From the human T2T-CHM13v2.0 reference genome, Homo sapiens, in the NCBI RefSeq assembly GCF_009914755.1, contig NC_060925.1: a stretch of 64,000 nucleotides of DNA, one strand, 5' to 3'. A model generated the notes under the pieces. That model made no database searches. It was not told the origin of the DNA and was given only the letters and a program-made list of their open reading frames with translations. This document shows, in pieces, positions 1 to 17,783 of the stretch. The stretch's first letter is position 1. Each line of letters starts with the position of its first letter. Both the position numbers and the translations under genes were made by a program.

Positions 1-3
1 AAA

Positions 4-308
4 CAGTTCTCCCTCGGTAGAACTGAGAGGGGATTGGTCCAGGGCCCCCGCCGATACCAAAATCCAGGTTGCTCAAGTCTCTCATAGAAAGTGGCGTAGT
101 ATTTGCACATAACTATGCACATCCTCCCGTGTACTTTAAATAGTCTCTAAATTACTTCGTAACACCTAATCCAGTGTAAATGCTATGTAAGTAATTGTTA
201 TACTGTTTTTATTTTTACTATCTTTTGTTGTACTTTTTTTTAAAAAAGAAATTCATTTGTTTAATATTTTCGGTCTTGGGGAACCCGCGTATATGGAGGG
301 CCTGCTAC
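4..308 (+). mobile_element. MER2 (TcMar-Tigger) non-autonomous DNA transposon
   Basis: CAGTTCTCCCTCGGTA...GGATTGGTCCAGG...ATACCAAAATCC...GTATTTGCACATAAC...ATATGGAGGGCC resembles the MER2 consensus as I recall it. Confidence 0.8.
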
Positions 309-1366
309 ATAGAGAAGACTGAGGGATATTCTGTGCATCCGTTTCTACGGATCCTCTAAATCGGCCTTTGTTTTCAGCCAGGATTTAGTGCCCAGCTGTG
401 TCCTTTGGAGGCCCCACATGGAGCTAGCAAAGTTTGCTAAATCGGGTTTTGCAAGAGGACTGTCTGCTCCATACTGGGAGTAGTTACCGCAAACTGCCCT
501 ATGAAATTGGTTGGGGTTCTTACTGTTAGCATGTTTATTACTTTATCAGGGCTCTCTGTAGGAGAGTCTATGAGAAAATCTTCTGGTTTCTGCTGAAAGA
601 ATCGTGTTTTGTTGGGGTTTTTTTCCCGAAAAATATTATTTTTAAAAACTCTTCTGTGCCCTGTTTAATCTCTCCCTTGGATCCACCTTCTGTGTGCTCA
701 TAAATCGTAAATCTGTATTCAGACTTCTGGACTCGAGACACGTAGATCCACCTGGTGGTTCTTCAGTCATTTTAAGCCCAAAACTCAAAATCTCCCGAAA
801 TCAAAATGTTTAAACTTATAATCTCCAGGGTGTGACTCACGGGGGATGAGGGGAGCAATTCTCTCCCTCCCCGCATAAAGCTGGTTCTCCTGTCTGCTCA
901 TTGAACGGTTCCACTGCGCATCACAGCATCTACATGCCTAAACCAACACCCCAGCATTGGCAACAGATATCTTCCTCTCCCTTGGCTGCTTCAGGACAGG
1001 GAAGAAACATGCTTGCCCTTTTCTGACTCTTTAGTAACTCTGGCCGAATCTATCACATTATTTTACATCTCTTTACATCTTACTACTCCCCCATCTTGGC
1101 TGTGTGTTCCCTACTGGCAGTGATTTTTGTTTATTCATTTTTGTAAACTGACACTTAGTTCAGTGTCCAATATAAGCTCAACAATAGTTTATAAAAGGAA
1201 AAGTTCCTGCCTTTGATTGCTTTTAAACACTATTAGAAAAGACATAACCAAATTGCAACATGATAAAACAACCGCAAAACAAGGCTGAGAGAAGTGGTGA
1301 TTTCTGGTGTCAGAGGGCACAGGACCCTGGGCAGAATCAGAGATACGGTGTCTGTGCAGTTCCCTT

Positions 1367-1752
1367 TTTAAGGGGATCAGGACATGCTACCTCCAAATGT
1401 GCCAGTTTCGACTTAAGAATTATTTTCAGCTGAAACAAACAGCTAAAATCCCTTACCTGTTTAATAGCAGATCCTCCTCGCAAATCTCAAATTTTTAACT
1501 CAGTTGTCATAAATCTTCTTCAGCACTAGAAGCAAATCTAACCTCGGAGATGAGAAGTGGTCACCACACCCAAATAGACATTGTCACAAGACTCGAATCT
1601 TCCATCTATTCTAAGGGCCCATTTATCTTTTCAAAAGTCATTTGGTTTTCCATATGTCCTTTACTCCTCCTCCTTTTCCCCTGCTGCTAGGTAGATCCCA
1701 AATTCTAACCACTCCTTTGAGTTACTCATCACAGAGTGCTCCCATGTATACA
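1367..1752 (+). mobile_element. MER34-like ERV1 LTR, 3'-truncated
   Basis: AAGGGGATCAGGACATGCTACCTCCAAATGTGCCA...TTATTTTCAGCTGAA...CCTTTGAGTTACTCATCAC resembles MER34. Confidence 0.6.
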
Positions 1753-3114
1753 CTTTTTTTTTTTTTGTTTGACTCAGGGTCTTACTCTGTCACCCAGGCT
1801 GGAGTGCAGTGGTGCAATCTCAGTTTAAACCCCCAAGTCTGTGGTATTTTGTTATAGTCCCCCTAGAAATTAATACAGGATTCATGGTCTGCCAAAGTCT
1901 CATTCCCTGCTCAGACCGACAATGGATAGTGGGATCCTTTGTGATATGTGCTCTGTGAGTTAGAAGTAGTAACTTAGAGCTGTTGAGGACAATACCTTTG
2001 CACCCCATCCACTGAATTTTGTTTTCAAAGATACAGTCTGAAACTCCCAGAGGGTGAGTGCCTTTCCAGTGTGTCAGAGCCATTAGTGGCTGAGCAGACC
2101 GCTGAGCATGTAGATTTCTAGGTCAGGGCCCTCTCCCCAAAGAATCATACTCCCTGGTTGAACTGAACCTAAATCAGGTTTAAAACTAGACAGATGCCAA
2201 CCAACTTAAAATTCCAAAGATATCCAAGACCTGCCCATGGCCCTGGGATTTGAGGACAACGTGTGCATGTCATGGCTATGGCAGTTCAGGGGTCTCTAGC
2301 TTAGTGGGAATGTCTATGTCCTACCTTGACCCTTCTGAGTCTTCCGCCCGCATCTGCCCCTCCTATGACAATGGAGTATTCATTCCCCAGATACAGCACC
2401 GTGAAAGAGAGGCAGGAACACTGGATAGTCTAAGACCTGGTCTTTCTTGGCTGGTGTGAGACAGTGGAGGCCTCACTACTTGGTCTTTTCTGGTGTACTG
2501 TCAAAGGTTGAAGCTGGGGCCTTGTGACTGCCTCCTGTTCTCTGTTCCAGGGATGCTACACAATAGAAGCTCTGGGCCTTGACCATGGAAAGGTCCCATG
2601 AATTCTCCACTCAGCCCAACTGAGCCCCCTGCTCTCACACTGGGTGAGGAAACGATAGGCAGTGCGAACAGGTGTATGCACACTCACTGAGGAAGTGCAG
2701 CCTGTCTGACCCACTCTCTCTCACCCAGCCTAGGGTCAGGCCATGGCAGGACACTGTTTCCTTAACTATCAGCAGCCATCTTGGGGATTTCCCCACAGGG
2801 CCAGGGCAACAGAATCTGCTTCTCACTGTGACCATGGTCTGGAAGGACCATGAGGAATTCTCCAGTGCTGTCGGGGTTTCCGATACTGACACAGACAATT
2901 TAGTAACAGCTTTGACACCTTTTGGTAATAGGACAAAGTTAACACTCCTGCCACTATCCTGTGAAGGCCAACCTTCCTAGGCCCCATAGGAAACTTTTGG
3001 AATGTCTTTGTTGGGTTGAGAAACTGGGGCAAAGTAGTACCCAATTTTTTCATGTCAATATCAAAATGTAATCATTTCAGGTACACAGAGTTCCGCACTT
3101 TCAGATTAGTCTTA

Positions 3115-3441
<327 letters not shown>

Positions 3442-3659
3442 TCAAGTAAAGAGCAATTCACATTCTCTTGAAAATTCTCATTATGTCCAGCTGGTTCCGG
3501 GGAAAGCCTACCATGAAAGTGGTATTGTTACTTAGACTTAGGGTCCTTTGATCAGAATTGATGATGTCCTCAGCTAAGTCAGTGCTAGGAGTGGGCAGAG
3601 ATGAAGTGATGGATGTGACAGAGTTGTAGAATATAGATTTAATAAGATTTGGTGTTTTA

Positions 3660-3863
<204 letters not shown>

Positions 3864-3914
3864 TCAGGAGATCGAGACCATCCTGGCTAACACGGTGAAA
3901 CCCCGTCTCTACTA

Positions 3915-4074
<160 letters not shown>

Positions 4075-4077
4075 TCA

Positions 4078-4100
4078 AAAAAAAAAAAAAAAAAAAGAAA

Positions 4101-4149
<49 letters not shown>

Positions 4150-4153
4150 AAAA
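4078..4153 (+). repeat. A-tail-derived (GAAA)n microsatellite
   Basis: Directly visible. Confidence 0.95.
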
Positions 4154-4207
4154 ATTGGTGATTTAGGCATTTGGAGAATGCATGCAATAAAGGAGCTTCT
4201 GGCCTGA

Positions 4208-4584
<377 letters not shown>

Positions 4585-5788
4585 TGAAAGCAAAAAGATG
4601 CATAAAGTCCCTCCCAACATTAAAAATTGAGATTCCTGTTCTCTACCTAGGAGAACACATCCACCAGTTGTTATTACTCTGATCAGTAAAGGGTCTCAGC
4701 TGGAGAAACTTGTGAGTAAGCCCTCAGCAAATCGATAAGGAAAACGAGAGGCAGGGAATTTGATGAGATCTTCCCAGGGGTTAGGGAGAAAAGAAGAGGA
4801 CTGAGACAGGCACCCTGGGCAAGCAGGAACATTGATGGGAGTTGGTAGATTAGGAGAATACCAAGAGACAGAGGATAGCTGGAAAGGGATGAGGACCACC
4901 AGAAGAGAGTATGTCCCAAGGAGGCAAAGGAGGTGTCAACAGGGTCATATTGGGCACTGAAGTTCAGAAATAATGATTATAACTTAACATTCCTTAAGCT
5001 CAGTGACTGCTGACTATGCTTGATATTTTGTCTTACACATCACCACAACAATCCTGCAAGGAAGGCAGATGTTTTATCATTCTCACTTTACAGACTGGGA
5101 AGCTTTGAGTATTTTGCCCAAGTTCCCCAAACTATTAAGTGTCAGGGCCAGGGACTTTGTCCAAAGTGCTAGGTCTTCCAAAGTTCATGTGCTTGGGCAG
5201 AAAACAGCCACCGAGAAGCTTGTACTGGAAACTCAGAGAGGAAATGACAGGAGGCATTGTGACACACAGGGTTGAGGGCCTCACTGCTTCTCCTGACTTC
5301 TCTACCTTTTCAGACAGCATTCTTCTCAGGTTCTAACAAGCTTACCCTCTCCTACCTGTTTTAGCAGTTCCTCCCAGATTCATTTATCCTTCCAGTTCCC
5401 CGTGAAATTCTGAGTGCCGTCAGAATGGGCATTTTGCCTTGTTCATCTCTTCAAGTCAGCATCCTGGAGCATAGCAGATGATCAGGAAATGCCTGATTGC
5501 CCTAATTCCACTGGCCTCTGAATTCTCACTCAAAACGGCATAATACCCAGGCCCCTCCTAGGTTTCAAAGAATTCTCGGGAATTTGCAGGCCAGAAGCAA
5601 GTATAGCCTGGACTCTGGAAGGAACTTCCTCCAGGTTGGCCCGAGAAGAGGGAGAGGTAGCTGCCCTGAGCTGTACCCCTTGCCTACAAGTTGCTACAGT
5701 CCACCATCAGGATAGTTGTGTAGCCTTAGCTGAAGGCAGAGTTCCCCTCAGTGCTCGAAGATAAATACTTTAGAAAGGAGTGCACATT

Positions 5789-6595
<807 letters not shown>

Positions 6596-7049
6596 CCGTT
6601 CTTACAAAAGTCACTAGGCTCTTTATATTTGATGGGGGCGGGGGGGCGGGGGGAGATCTGAGTGTCATCAGGAGCAGAGTATAAGGTATACTTGGAGGGA
6701 AAGAGGAAAGGAAGTGGGCAGCAGAGGTAAAAAGGAGATCAGGAATGGAAAGTCGGGGGCCCCACAGTGAACCTTTCCTTACGGCTGACTAGGCTCCTTC
6801 ATGGGCCTGACCAGCCTCCTTCACCTGCTCAGCCCAGAATTTGTAGAGAGATCTGTCGTCTTTGCAAGTGGACTGAGCTCTCCTAGACAATTGCTGGCCT
6901 CCCCCAGCCATGGACCTCTGTAGAGCTCCCTGGGGTCATCCAGGGCAGGAGGGTGACAGGCTGGCTTCACCGTGGTCATATAGCAGAAGTGGCAAGCTCT
7001 TCTTGCTCTTGAGGAAAGCTCACACCTAGATTGTTGCAAGGATGTTGTA

Positions 7050-8009
7050 CAGGTTGAGCATCCCTAATCTGAAGATCCGAAACCCTAGGCTCCAAAATCT
7101 GAACAATTTTGAGCACTAATGTGGTGCCTCGGTGGAAAATTCCACACCTGACCTCACACAACGGGTCATACAATGCACAGTATTTCCCCCAAGGAAATAA
7201 AAGGCCCTCCCAGCCCCTTTCCGCTGAGATATATCTTTTCTGCACATGCCCGGTTTCCCCAACGTGCACACACCCACAAAGGGTCATAAAATGGCATGTG
7301 TGCAGGCCAGTGTCGTCAACAGCACGTTCCCCATAATGCCCCATGTAGGAGCCAAGACCTACGTGCCTTACTCACTGTGGGGTTTTTTTGCTTATTCTCT
7401 GCTCTGTGGTATAAAGATATTGTTGAAAATATCAAAAAGGCCTGCAGATACCCCATGAGTAACAGTAATTTTAAAAGAGAAAAAGCAAGGCCAGGCGCGG
7501 CGGCTCATGCCTGTAATCCCGGCAATTTGGGAGGCCGAGGCGGCTGGATCACTTGAGGTCAGGAGTTTGAGACCAGCCTAACCAACATGGTGAAACCCCG
7601 TCTCTACTAAAAATACAAAAATTAGCCGGCGTGGTGGCACATGCCTGTAGTCCCAGCTACTCGGGAGGCTGAGGCAGAAGACTCACTTGAATCCAGGAGG
7701 TTGCAGTGACCCGAGATTGTGCCATTGCACTCCAGCCTGGGCGACAGAGCAAGACTCTGTCTCAAAAAAAAAAAAAAAAAGGGAGAGAAAACATTTATGT
7801 TTATCTATAGTACAGAAAGTCAAGTTGTTGGAGAAAATGGGGCACAGTGTAAGTGTGTATAAGGTATTTATGAAACATAGATGGATTTTGTGTTTAGTCT
7901 TGGGTCCCATCCCCAATATATCTCATTTTATATATATGCAAATATTCCAAAATCTGAAACCCGAAACAGTCCCAGTCCCAAGCATTTCAGATAAGGGATA
8001 CTCAACCTG
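7050..8009. mobile_element. Tigger4/Zombi-family DNA transposon with terminal inverted repeats, interrupted by an Alu (about 7489-7780)
   Basis: TA|CAGGTTGAGCATCCCT ... AGGGATACTCAACCTG terminal inverted repeats. Confidence 0.8.
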
Positions 8010-8449
8010 TGTTAGTTTCCTAGGGCTGCCATAGCAAATGACCACAAACTTGGTAGCTTAAAACAACAGAACTGTATTCTTCCACAGTTCTGGAGACCAG
8101 AAGTCTGAAATAAAGTACCATGCTCCCTCTAAAGGCTCTCAGGGAGAATCCTTCCTTGCTTCTTTCAGCTTCTGGTGGCTTCTGATGTTCCTTGGCTTGT
8201 GGCAGCCTCATTCCAATCTCTCCCTCCATCTTCACATGGCTTCTTACTCATCTCTGTGTGTCCGAATTTCCCTCTCCTTTCTCTTATAAAGATACCAGTC
8301 ATTGAATTTAAGGCCCATCCTATATCCAGCATGATTTCATCTCAAGATCCTTAACTACTTACGTCTTCAAAGCCCCAGTTTCCAAATGCGTTCACATTTT
8401 GAGATGCTGGATAGACACGAACTTTAGGGAACATATTCAACCCACTACA
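8008..8449 (-). mobile_element. MLT1B/C MaLR LTR
   Basis: tgtgttagtttcctagggctgcc...accacaaacttggtagcttaaaacaacagaa...attcaacccactaca. Confidence 0.75.
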
Positions 8450-9621
8450 GGTCCTGAGCACTAAGCCTTGTGGGAGGACACTCTGGAAGCAGGTCCAGAC
8501 TTCCCCGGTCTTGCCTCTTCAGAACCTGCGCACTCTCCACCTCCAAAAGGCCCTTCTATCAGTCACTTACACCTGAGTATAAAACTAAGCATGATAGCTG
8601 TGCAATTTTGACCAACCCTCCCATGTTCATGAGTGTAGGTGTTGGGGAACAGGCTGTGTCTCCACTTGGGGAACTCACAGCTTCAGGGGCAGGACAGGAA
8701 GATGGTGGTGGTCCTTGGCCAGATGCTTCCTATAATAATGAAAAGCCTGAATGGTTGGACAGCTGGCAGACTGTGGCCTGCATTTACTTGCCTGGAAAAG
8801 CTGGAAGGAAAGAAGACATGAGGCTAAAATAGAGGCTCAGTGTCTTAGTTTCAATATCTGTAAAACAGTAACAATAAATACACATACCTCATAGGATTCG
8901 TGCAGGGATAAATTGCTATACAGTCCATACAAAGTACTTAGAGCAGAGTCTCAACATGACAATAAATTAATAGTTATTAGCAATTTCATTATTTTTATGA
9001 TAAACGTTACTTGATATATATCCTAGATCTTTCCCTTGGAAATATTACCGTCATGCTGGGAAATAAGACAAGCACATGGAAAATAATGGGTAAATTATCT
9101 AGTCTCTAGATGCTAATTATGTAGAGATTCTTCTAGACTATGTGGCCAAGGCAGCAGAAATAATTGGGTTCCTAGGAGCTTCATAACTCACAAAAACCTT
9201 TCACTAACAGCCTCTCGTTTGAGTCCACAACAACCCTGGAAAGAAGAAAAGGCTTTTTCCCTATGTTAAAGATAAGGAAGTTTCTGGTAAAGATTAGACA
9301 CCGGGGAACGTGAGTTACTCGGCTAAAACATGGCCAAGGTGGAATTTGAGCCTAGGTTTTGTGTTTTGCTTTTCTTTTTTTGTATTAGATTTGATGCTTT
9401 AGGAGAAAGTGATACATGGAATAGATACAAATAATATCAATATGTGTCCAGTACAGCCCACTCTCCTGACCTCAAGTCTACAGTAAGAAATACATTTACA
9501 TTGGCCGGGCGCTGGGGCTCACGCCTATAATCCCAGCATTTTGGGAGGCCGAGGCGGGCGGATCACGAGGTCAGGAGATCGAGACCATCCTGGTTAACAC
9601 GGTGAAAACCCGTCTCTACTA

Positions 9622-9801
<180 letters not shown>

Positions 9802-10041
9802 TCAACAACAAGAAAAAAGAAATACATTTACATTGCCTCCCAGTCACATTCACAGGAAAATAAAAATTGCAACAAGTTTCACAAAATGATAATTACTATT
9901 GGTGATATTTTCCCGTTTTATGATTCTTACAAAAGGGCAAAATGAAAGGAAAAGATGATCTCTACCAAGTAAATTAATTGCACTATGGATTACAACTTAT
10001 AGTTGTGGTTTTTTGGGAGGTTTTTTTGTTTTTGTTTTTCT

Positions 10042-10078
<37 letters not shown>

Positions 10079-10770
10079 AGATGGAGTCTCGCTCTATCGC
10101 CCAGGCTGGAGTGCAGTGGCGCAATCTCAGCTCACTGCAAGCTCTGCCTTCTGGGTTCAAGGGATTCTCCTGCCTCAGCCTCCTGAGTATCTGGGACTAC
10201 AGGCATGCGGCACCACCCCTGGCCAATTTTTGTATTTTTTGGTAGAGACAGGGTTTCATCATATTGGCCAGGCTGGTCTTGAACTCCTGACCTCAGGTAA
10301 TCCACCCGCCTCAGCCTCCCAAAGTGCTGGGATTACAGGTGTGAGTGACCGCGCCCGGCCTACAACTTACAGTTTTTAAAACTGGCTAGAGAAAACTACA
10401 AAGAAGAAAGTTAAAATCATCTCACTGATTTAAAGAAAGTTAAAATCATCTCACTGATTTTAAAAGTCTTCATGTTTCTTCTGAATCTTTCTGTGTATGC
10501 ACATACAGCCTGTCTGTCTTTGTGAGGAGGTGACCCCCATATCCAGAGCCAGAGTGGAAGGTATCCTGTGACAGATGGTGACTTGAAATGTAGGTTGAGG
10601 CCTGGCGCGGTCGCTCACGCCTGTAATCCCAGCACTTCGGGAGGCCGAGGGGGGCGGATCCCCTGAGGTCAGGAGTTTGAGACCAGTCTGGCCAACATGG
10701 TGAAACCCCGTCTCTACTAAAAATACAAAAAGTAGTCGGGCATGGTGGCAGGCACCTGTAATCCCAGCTA

Positions 10771-11034
<264 letters not shown>

Positions 11035-11572
11035 CTAAAGAATATTTAGGATTCGGGACATGTTTAGATTGGGGGTTTGGAGAAGATGATGTAATCCAGG
11101 CAAGAGGGGACAGCAAAAACAAAGACAGAAGAATTGTTCCTGGACCACATGCAGCATGGGCAAAGGTCAGTCATGAGAAGTAAGCTTTAGCAATGGGGGC
11201 CAGTTTAGGGGACCCCAAATGCCAAAGTAGGGAGGGAGTGCTCTATAAACAATGTTGGAGCAAAGGATATGAACAGGCAATACACAGGAGAAGAAATCCG
11301 AAAACTATCAAGCTCAGGTAGAGATGCTTGAACTCATGAATACCCAGAACAATGAAAACGAAAGCAATGCTGAGATACCACTTTACACCAGGCAGTCTGG
11401 CAAAACTTAGAAAGTTGGATGACCCGAGGACTGGGCCTGGATGTGGGCTCAGAGTCCAGCTACCTTGGTATTGGAAGTCCGGGACAAGCATTCTGGAGGG
11501 GAGCCTGACACTCCTTAGTTCAATTAGATGTAAATAAAACTCTGAACAGAACTGCTGGTTTCTGGCTTCTCA

Positions 11573-11935
<363 letters not shown>

Positions 11936-12159
11936 CTAAAAAAAAAGAACATGGATGGCAAAGAGATGCAGGTTGAGTTCTATAAGGGTTGAAAATAAAA
12001 GGTAATTTTTTTGGGAAATCAATATGAAGTTTATTTAGGTTTCTTGTTTTTCCTGTTTTCCCTGTGAGCCAGATGACTGCCAATTATCCCAAAATTTATA
12101 TTATCAAAAATGGATACCTGCTTCCTAGCATTTGGAAAAATAAAATAATATGCCCCTGA

Positions 12160-12451
<292 letters not shown>

Positions 12452-12714
12452 TGATCTGCGCGCCTCGGCCTTCCAAAGTGCTGGGATTACAAGCGTGAGC
12501 CACGATGCCCGGCCTGGTTTTTTTTTTTTTTTTTTTTTTTTTGTCGTTGTTGTTGTTTTGTATGTTTGTTTGTTTTCAACTTTTATTTTAGGTTCAGGGG
12601 TACATGGAAGAGTTCAATTTTTAAAATATAGATTAGGCCAGGCGCGGTGTCTCATGCCTGTAATCCCAGCACTTGGGAAGACCGAGGCCGGCAGATTACG
12701 AGGTCAGGAGATCA

Positions 12715-13670
<956 letters not shown>

Positions 13671-14671
13671 TGGGATAGGTTGAGTTTTTACTTAGAATTA
13701 ACATAACTCATTTCAGCATTCCTACGTTGTCGGAGGTGGTTTTGTTTTGTTTTGTTTTTAAGACAGGGTCTCTGTTGCCCAGGCTGGAGTGCAGTGGTGT
13801 GATCATAACTCACTGCAGACTGCAGCCTCAATCTCCCAGGCTCAAGCGATCCTCCCACCTCAGCCTCCCAAGTAGCTCAGACTACAGGCGCACACCACCA
13901 CGCCCAGGCTAGTTTTTATATTTTTTGTAGAGACAGGGTTTTGCCATGTTGTCAGGCTGGTCTCCAACTCCCAACAAACTTGCCCGCCTCGGGCTCCCAG
14001 ATGCTGGAATTACAAGCATGGGCCACTACACCCCGGCTCTTGGTTGTTTCTAATCTTTTAAATTACTATCAATGTTGCATCAACATCTTACTTATTTGAT
14101 ATTAGTAGTGTAGTATAGTGACTAAAGGAAGACTCTGGAGTTGAAATCTGGTTTGGCACCGACTGTGTGACTATGAGAAAGTTTCTTAACCGCTCTGTGA
14201 TTCCTCCATCTCCCAATCTGTAAATGGACATACTTACACTACCTACTTGACAGGGTTTTGTGAGGATAAAATGAGTTAATACATGTAAAGTGTTTAAAAC
14301 ATTCTTGGCACCAAGAAAAAGTATGTAAGTGTTAGAAAAAAATATGCATATATAGGCGGGGCGTGGTGGCTCACGCCTGTAATCCTAGCACTTTGTGAGG
14401 CCTAGGCGGGTGGATTGCCTGAGCTCAGGAGTTCGAGACCAGCCTGGGCAACACAGTGAAACCTTGTCTCTACTAAAATCCAAAAAATTAGCCGGGCATG
14501 GCAGTGTGCACCTGTAATCCCAGATATTCAGGAGGCTGAGACAGGAGAATCGCTTGAGCCCAGGAGGCTTCGGTTGCAGTGAGCCAAGGTAGCGCCATTG
14601 CACTGCAGCCTAGGCGACAGAGCAAGGTTCAAAAAAAAAAAAAAAGAAAAGAAAGAAAAAATATACATATA

Positions 14672-14977
14672 TGTGGTGTTATAATGTATATTGGTTTCTG
14701 TCCACAGTTCCTGGCTCATAACTTCCATAGCCCTTGTATGGTCTTTTTACAGAGTACAGTACACTCCAATGTTGGGTATGTTAGGCCCCAGAGGCAGGTC
14801 TCAGGAAACAGAATCTCTCTTTCTCCTGCCCTCCTTTCACCTGCCCCAAGGCAGAACTCTAATATTTGCCCACTTTTTTAATTGAGGGTCTTAAGACCCT
14901 CCCCGGAGAGGTTCCCGCCCTATACCCTGGGGGAAGGAATGCTGACATCATGAAGCTTCCATAAAAACCCAAGAGGA
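14672..14977 (+). mobile_element. MER21A LTR, 5' part
   Basis: TGTGGTGTTATAATGTATATTGGTTT...TTCCTGGCTCATAACT...CAGGAAACAGAATCTCTCT. Confidence 0.7.
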
Positions 14978-16918
14978 GGCCAGGCGCGGTGGCTCATGCC
15001 TGTAATCCCAGCACTTTGGGAGGTGGGCGGATCACGAGATCAGGATTTCGAGACCAGCCTGGCCAACATGGTGAAATCCCACCTCAACTAAAAATACAAA
15101 AATTAGCTGGCCATTGTGACTGGTGCCTGTAATCCCAACTACTCAGGAGGCTGAGGCAGGAGAATTGTTTGAACCCGGGAGGTGGAGGTTGCAGTGAGCC
15201 GAGATCATACCATTTCACTCCAGCCTGGGCAACAAGAGCAAAACTCCGTCTCAAAAAAAAATTAATAAATAAATAAAAATAAAAAATACTAAAGAATAAT
15301 TTTTAAATGCATAGAAATATACTTTTTCACAATAACACATAAAAGCAAAAAGAGTAATTGTCTCAGACTAAGGAATGCACATAAAATGGGATAATACTAA
15401 ATAAGGAAAAGGGAGATATCTCCAAATAAGTTTGCATTAAAAACAAAATTTTAAGGAGGAAATGTCAGGGGACACAGTGCAGCCATGGTTCTAAGTAACG
15501 TGATATGAGCTGTGTATACAGTCGGTTAATTTGGGATGGAGGGTGCAAAACCAATCAGAAGGGAGCCATACCCAAAGCAGGAGGCCAAGTCTTGGGGACA
15601 AAGATGAGAGGACCAAGGATGAGAACAAGGGAACCAGACACAGGAATGGACAGGAGGGGAACTGTTGACTTTATTGCACATAGAAGATTGCCTGAACCTG
15701 GATAGGGGAAAGAGCAGAAAGGGAGTTGTTGGGGCAAAATGTAATCCAAGATGACTCTGCACCTTCCTGCCTGAATGACTAGGAGAATGATGCCACCTTC
15801 ACAGGAATAGACAGCCTGCAAGGAGGAGCTGCTGAACAGAGTTCACTTCAGGCCACACTGGATCATAACGGTCAACTGGCAATGGCAAGTGGCCACGTAC
15901 TTCAGACAACTGGGAGTGTGTATCTGGAGGCACATCTAGAGACCCAGTTGGCTTCTCTCATCTGCCCAGAGGAGCTGGAGAAAGCCCTGGGAGTCCCTGG
16001 GAAGAGCTTATGAAGAGGTGGCCCCGGCCGGACACAGTGGCTCACTCCTGTAATCCCAGCACATTGGGAGGGCCAAGCGGGCAGGTCACTTAAGCCCAGG
16101 AGTTTGAGACCATGGAGAAACCCCATCTCTACCAAAAATACAAAAATTAGCTGGGCATGGTGGTGCACACCTGTAGCCCCAGATACTTGGGAAGCTATGG
16201 CACAAGGATCGCTTGAACCCGGGAGGCAGAGGTTGCCATGAGCCAAGATCACGCCACTGCACTCCAGCCTGGGTGACAGAGTGAGACCCTGTCTCCAAAA
16301 AAAAAGAGAGATGATCCCAAAGATGGGCCTCTAAAGAACATCTACTCCACTTAGGGATCTGATGGGGACAGGAGGTGAGAGAATAATTTTATACTAAAAT
16401 CAGGGAAAACATAATATGGGGAAATTGGACCAGATGATTTCTGGGTTCCTTCCAGCACTAATATTCTATGGTTCTATTAAACAGACATGGAAAATATGTT
16501 GCTAGATCCTCAGATTATTTGCTATTTGCAAATTTTAGACAAATGTTTTAGTAAAATTCAGGAGCACCATGGTGTATCAGGGAATGCCAAGTTATTTAAA
16601 CTGCATAAATATCCATTTCTTTCTTTGTAAAATGGGGGTAATATTTACTTTTTTGGGGTTGTTTTGATACAACATGATGTACTAGAAGGAAAATTCCAAG
16701 TTCTTTGACATGTCTGAACCTCAGTATCCTCCACGATAAAAACCATAACATTTACCTTTCAGGATTTGTTCTGAGGATTTGAAATGGTATGTCTATAGTA
16801 TTTTGCACACTGTGGGCTTTCAGTAACTGGGAATTTTTACTTTTTACTCTTTTATTTTAAAATTAATTTAAGTCACAGAAAAGTATCTGACTTCAGACAC
16901 ACAGTTCCTCTATATTCC

Positions 16919-17783
16919 TGTAGTAGGCAAAATTCTGCGATGGCTCCCGTGAGTCCTGGCCCCTGGTACCCGTTGTTTAAATCCCCTCCCTTTGAGTATG
17001 GGCAGAACCTGTACTTGCTGTTAATCAAGAAAACTTTGCAGATGTAGTTAAGATCCTTCATCAGTTGACTTTGAGTTAATAAAAAGGGAATCCCTGACTT
17101 AGGTAAGCCTTTTTTTTTTTTTTTTTTTTTGAGACAGAGTCTTACTCTGTTGCCCAGGCTGGAGTACAGTGGTGCAATCCAGGGTCACTGCAACCTATAC
17201 CTCCTGGGTTCAAGTGATTCTCCTGCCTCAACCTCCTGAGTAGCTAGGATTACAGGCACCTGCCACCATGCCCGGGTAATTTTTATATTTTTAGTAGAGC
17301 TGGGGTTTCACCATGTTGGCCAGGCTGGTCTCGAACCTCAGGTGATCTGCCTGCCACGATCTCCCAAAGTGCTGGGATTACAGGCATGAGCCACTGCACT
17401 CGGCCTAGTGAGCTTTTTAAAAGAGGGTCAATGCCTTCCCTGAATTAGATAAAGTGGAAGCAACAGAGATGCTCTTCTGCTGGCCATTAGAAGCAAATAT
17501 CCATGCTGTGACATGCCTGTGGAGAAGGGCAGCCTCTGAGGGCCTCAATTCTACACCTGCAAGAAACTGAATTCTGCCAACAACGTGGATGAGTTTGGAA
17601 GACCCCAGGCTTCATATGAAAATGCAGCCCAGTTGACACTTTGATTTTACCCTTGTGAGATTCTAATCAAATACTCCCACTATGCCATGCCCAGACCTAC
17701 AGAAACTATGAGAGGCTAAAGGAGTATTGTCCTAAGCCACTTAATTTGGGGTAATTTTTTACACATAAATAGAAAACTAAAAC
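16919..17783 (+). mobile_element. MLT1E-like MaLR LTR interrupted by an Alu (about 17109-17405)
   Basis: TGTAGTAGGCAAAATTCTGCGATGGC...AATCCCCTCCCTTTGAGTATGGGCAG...ATAGAAAACTAAAACA. Confidence 0.7.

Noticed and set aside
2400-2980. Unique GC-balanced stretch with an acceptor-like site (TGTTCTCTGTTCCAG at about 2550) and several 60-100 aa ORFs
   Set aside because: No recognisable protein similarity, promoter or consistent exon chain; cannot support a gene or pseudogene without a database search.
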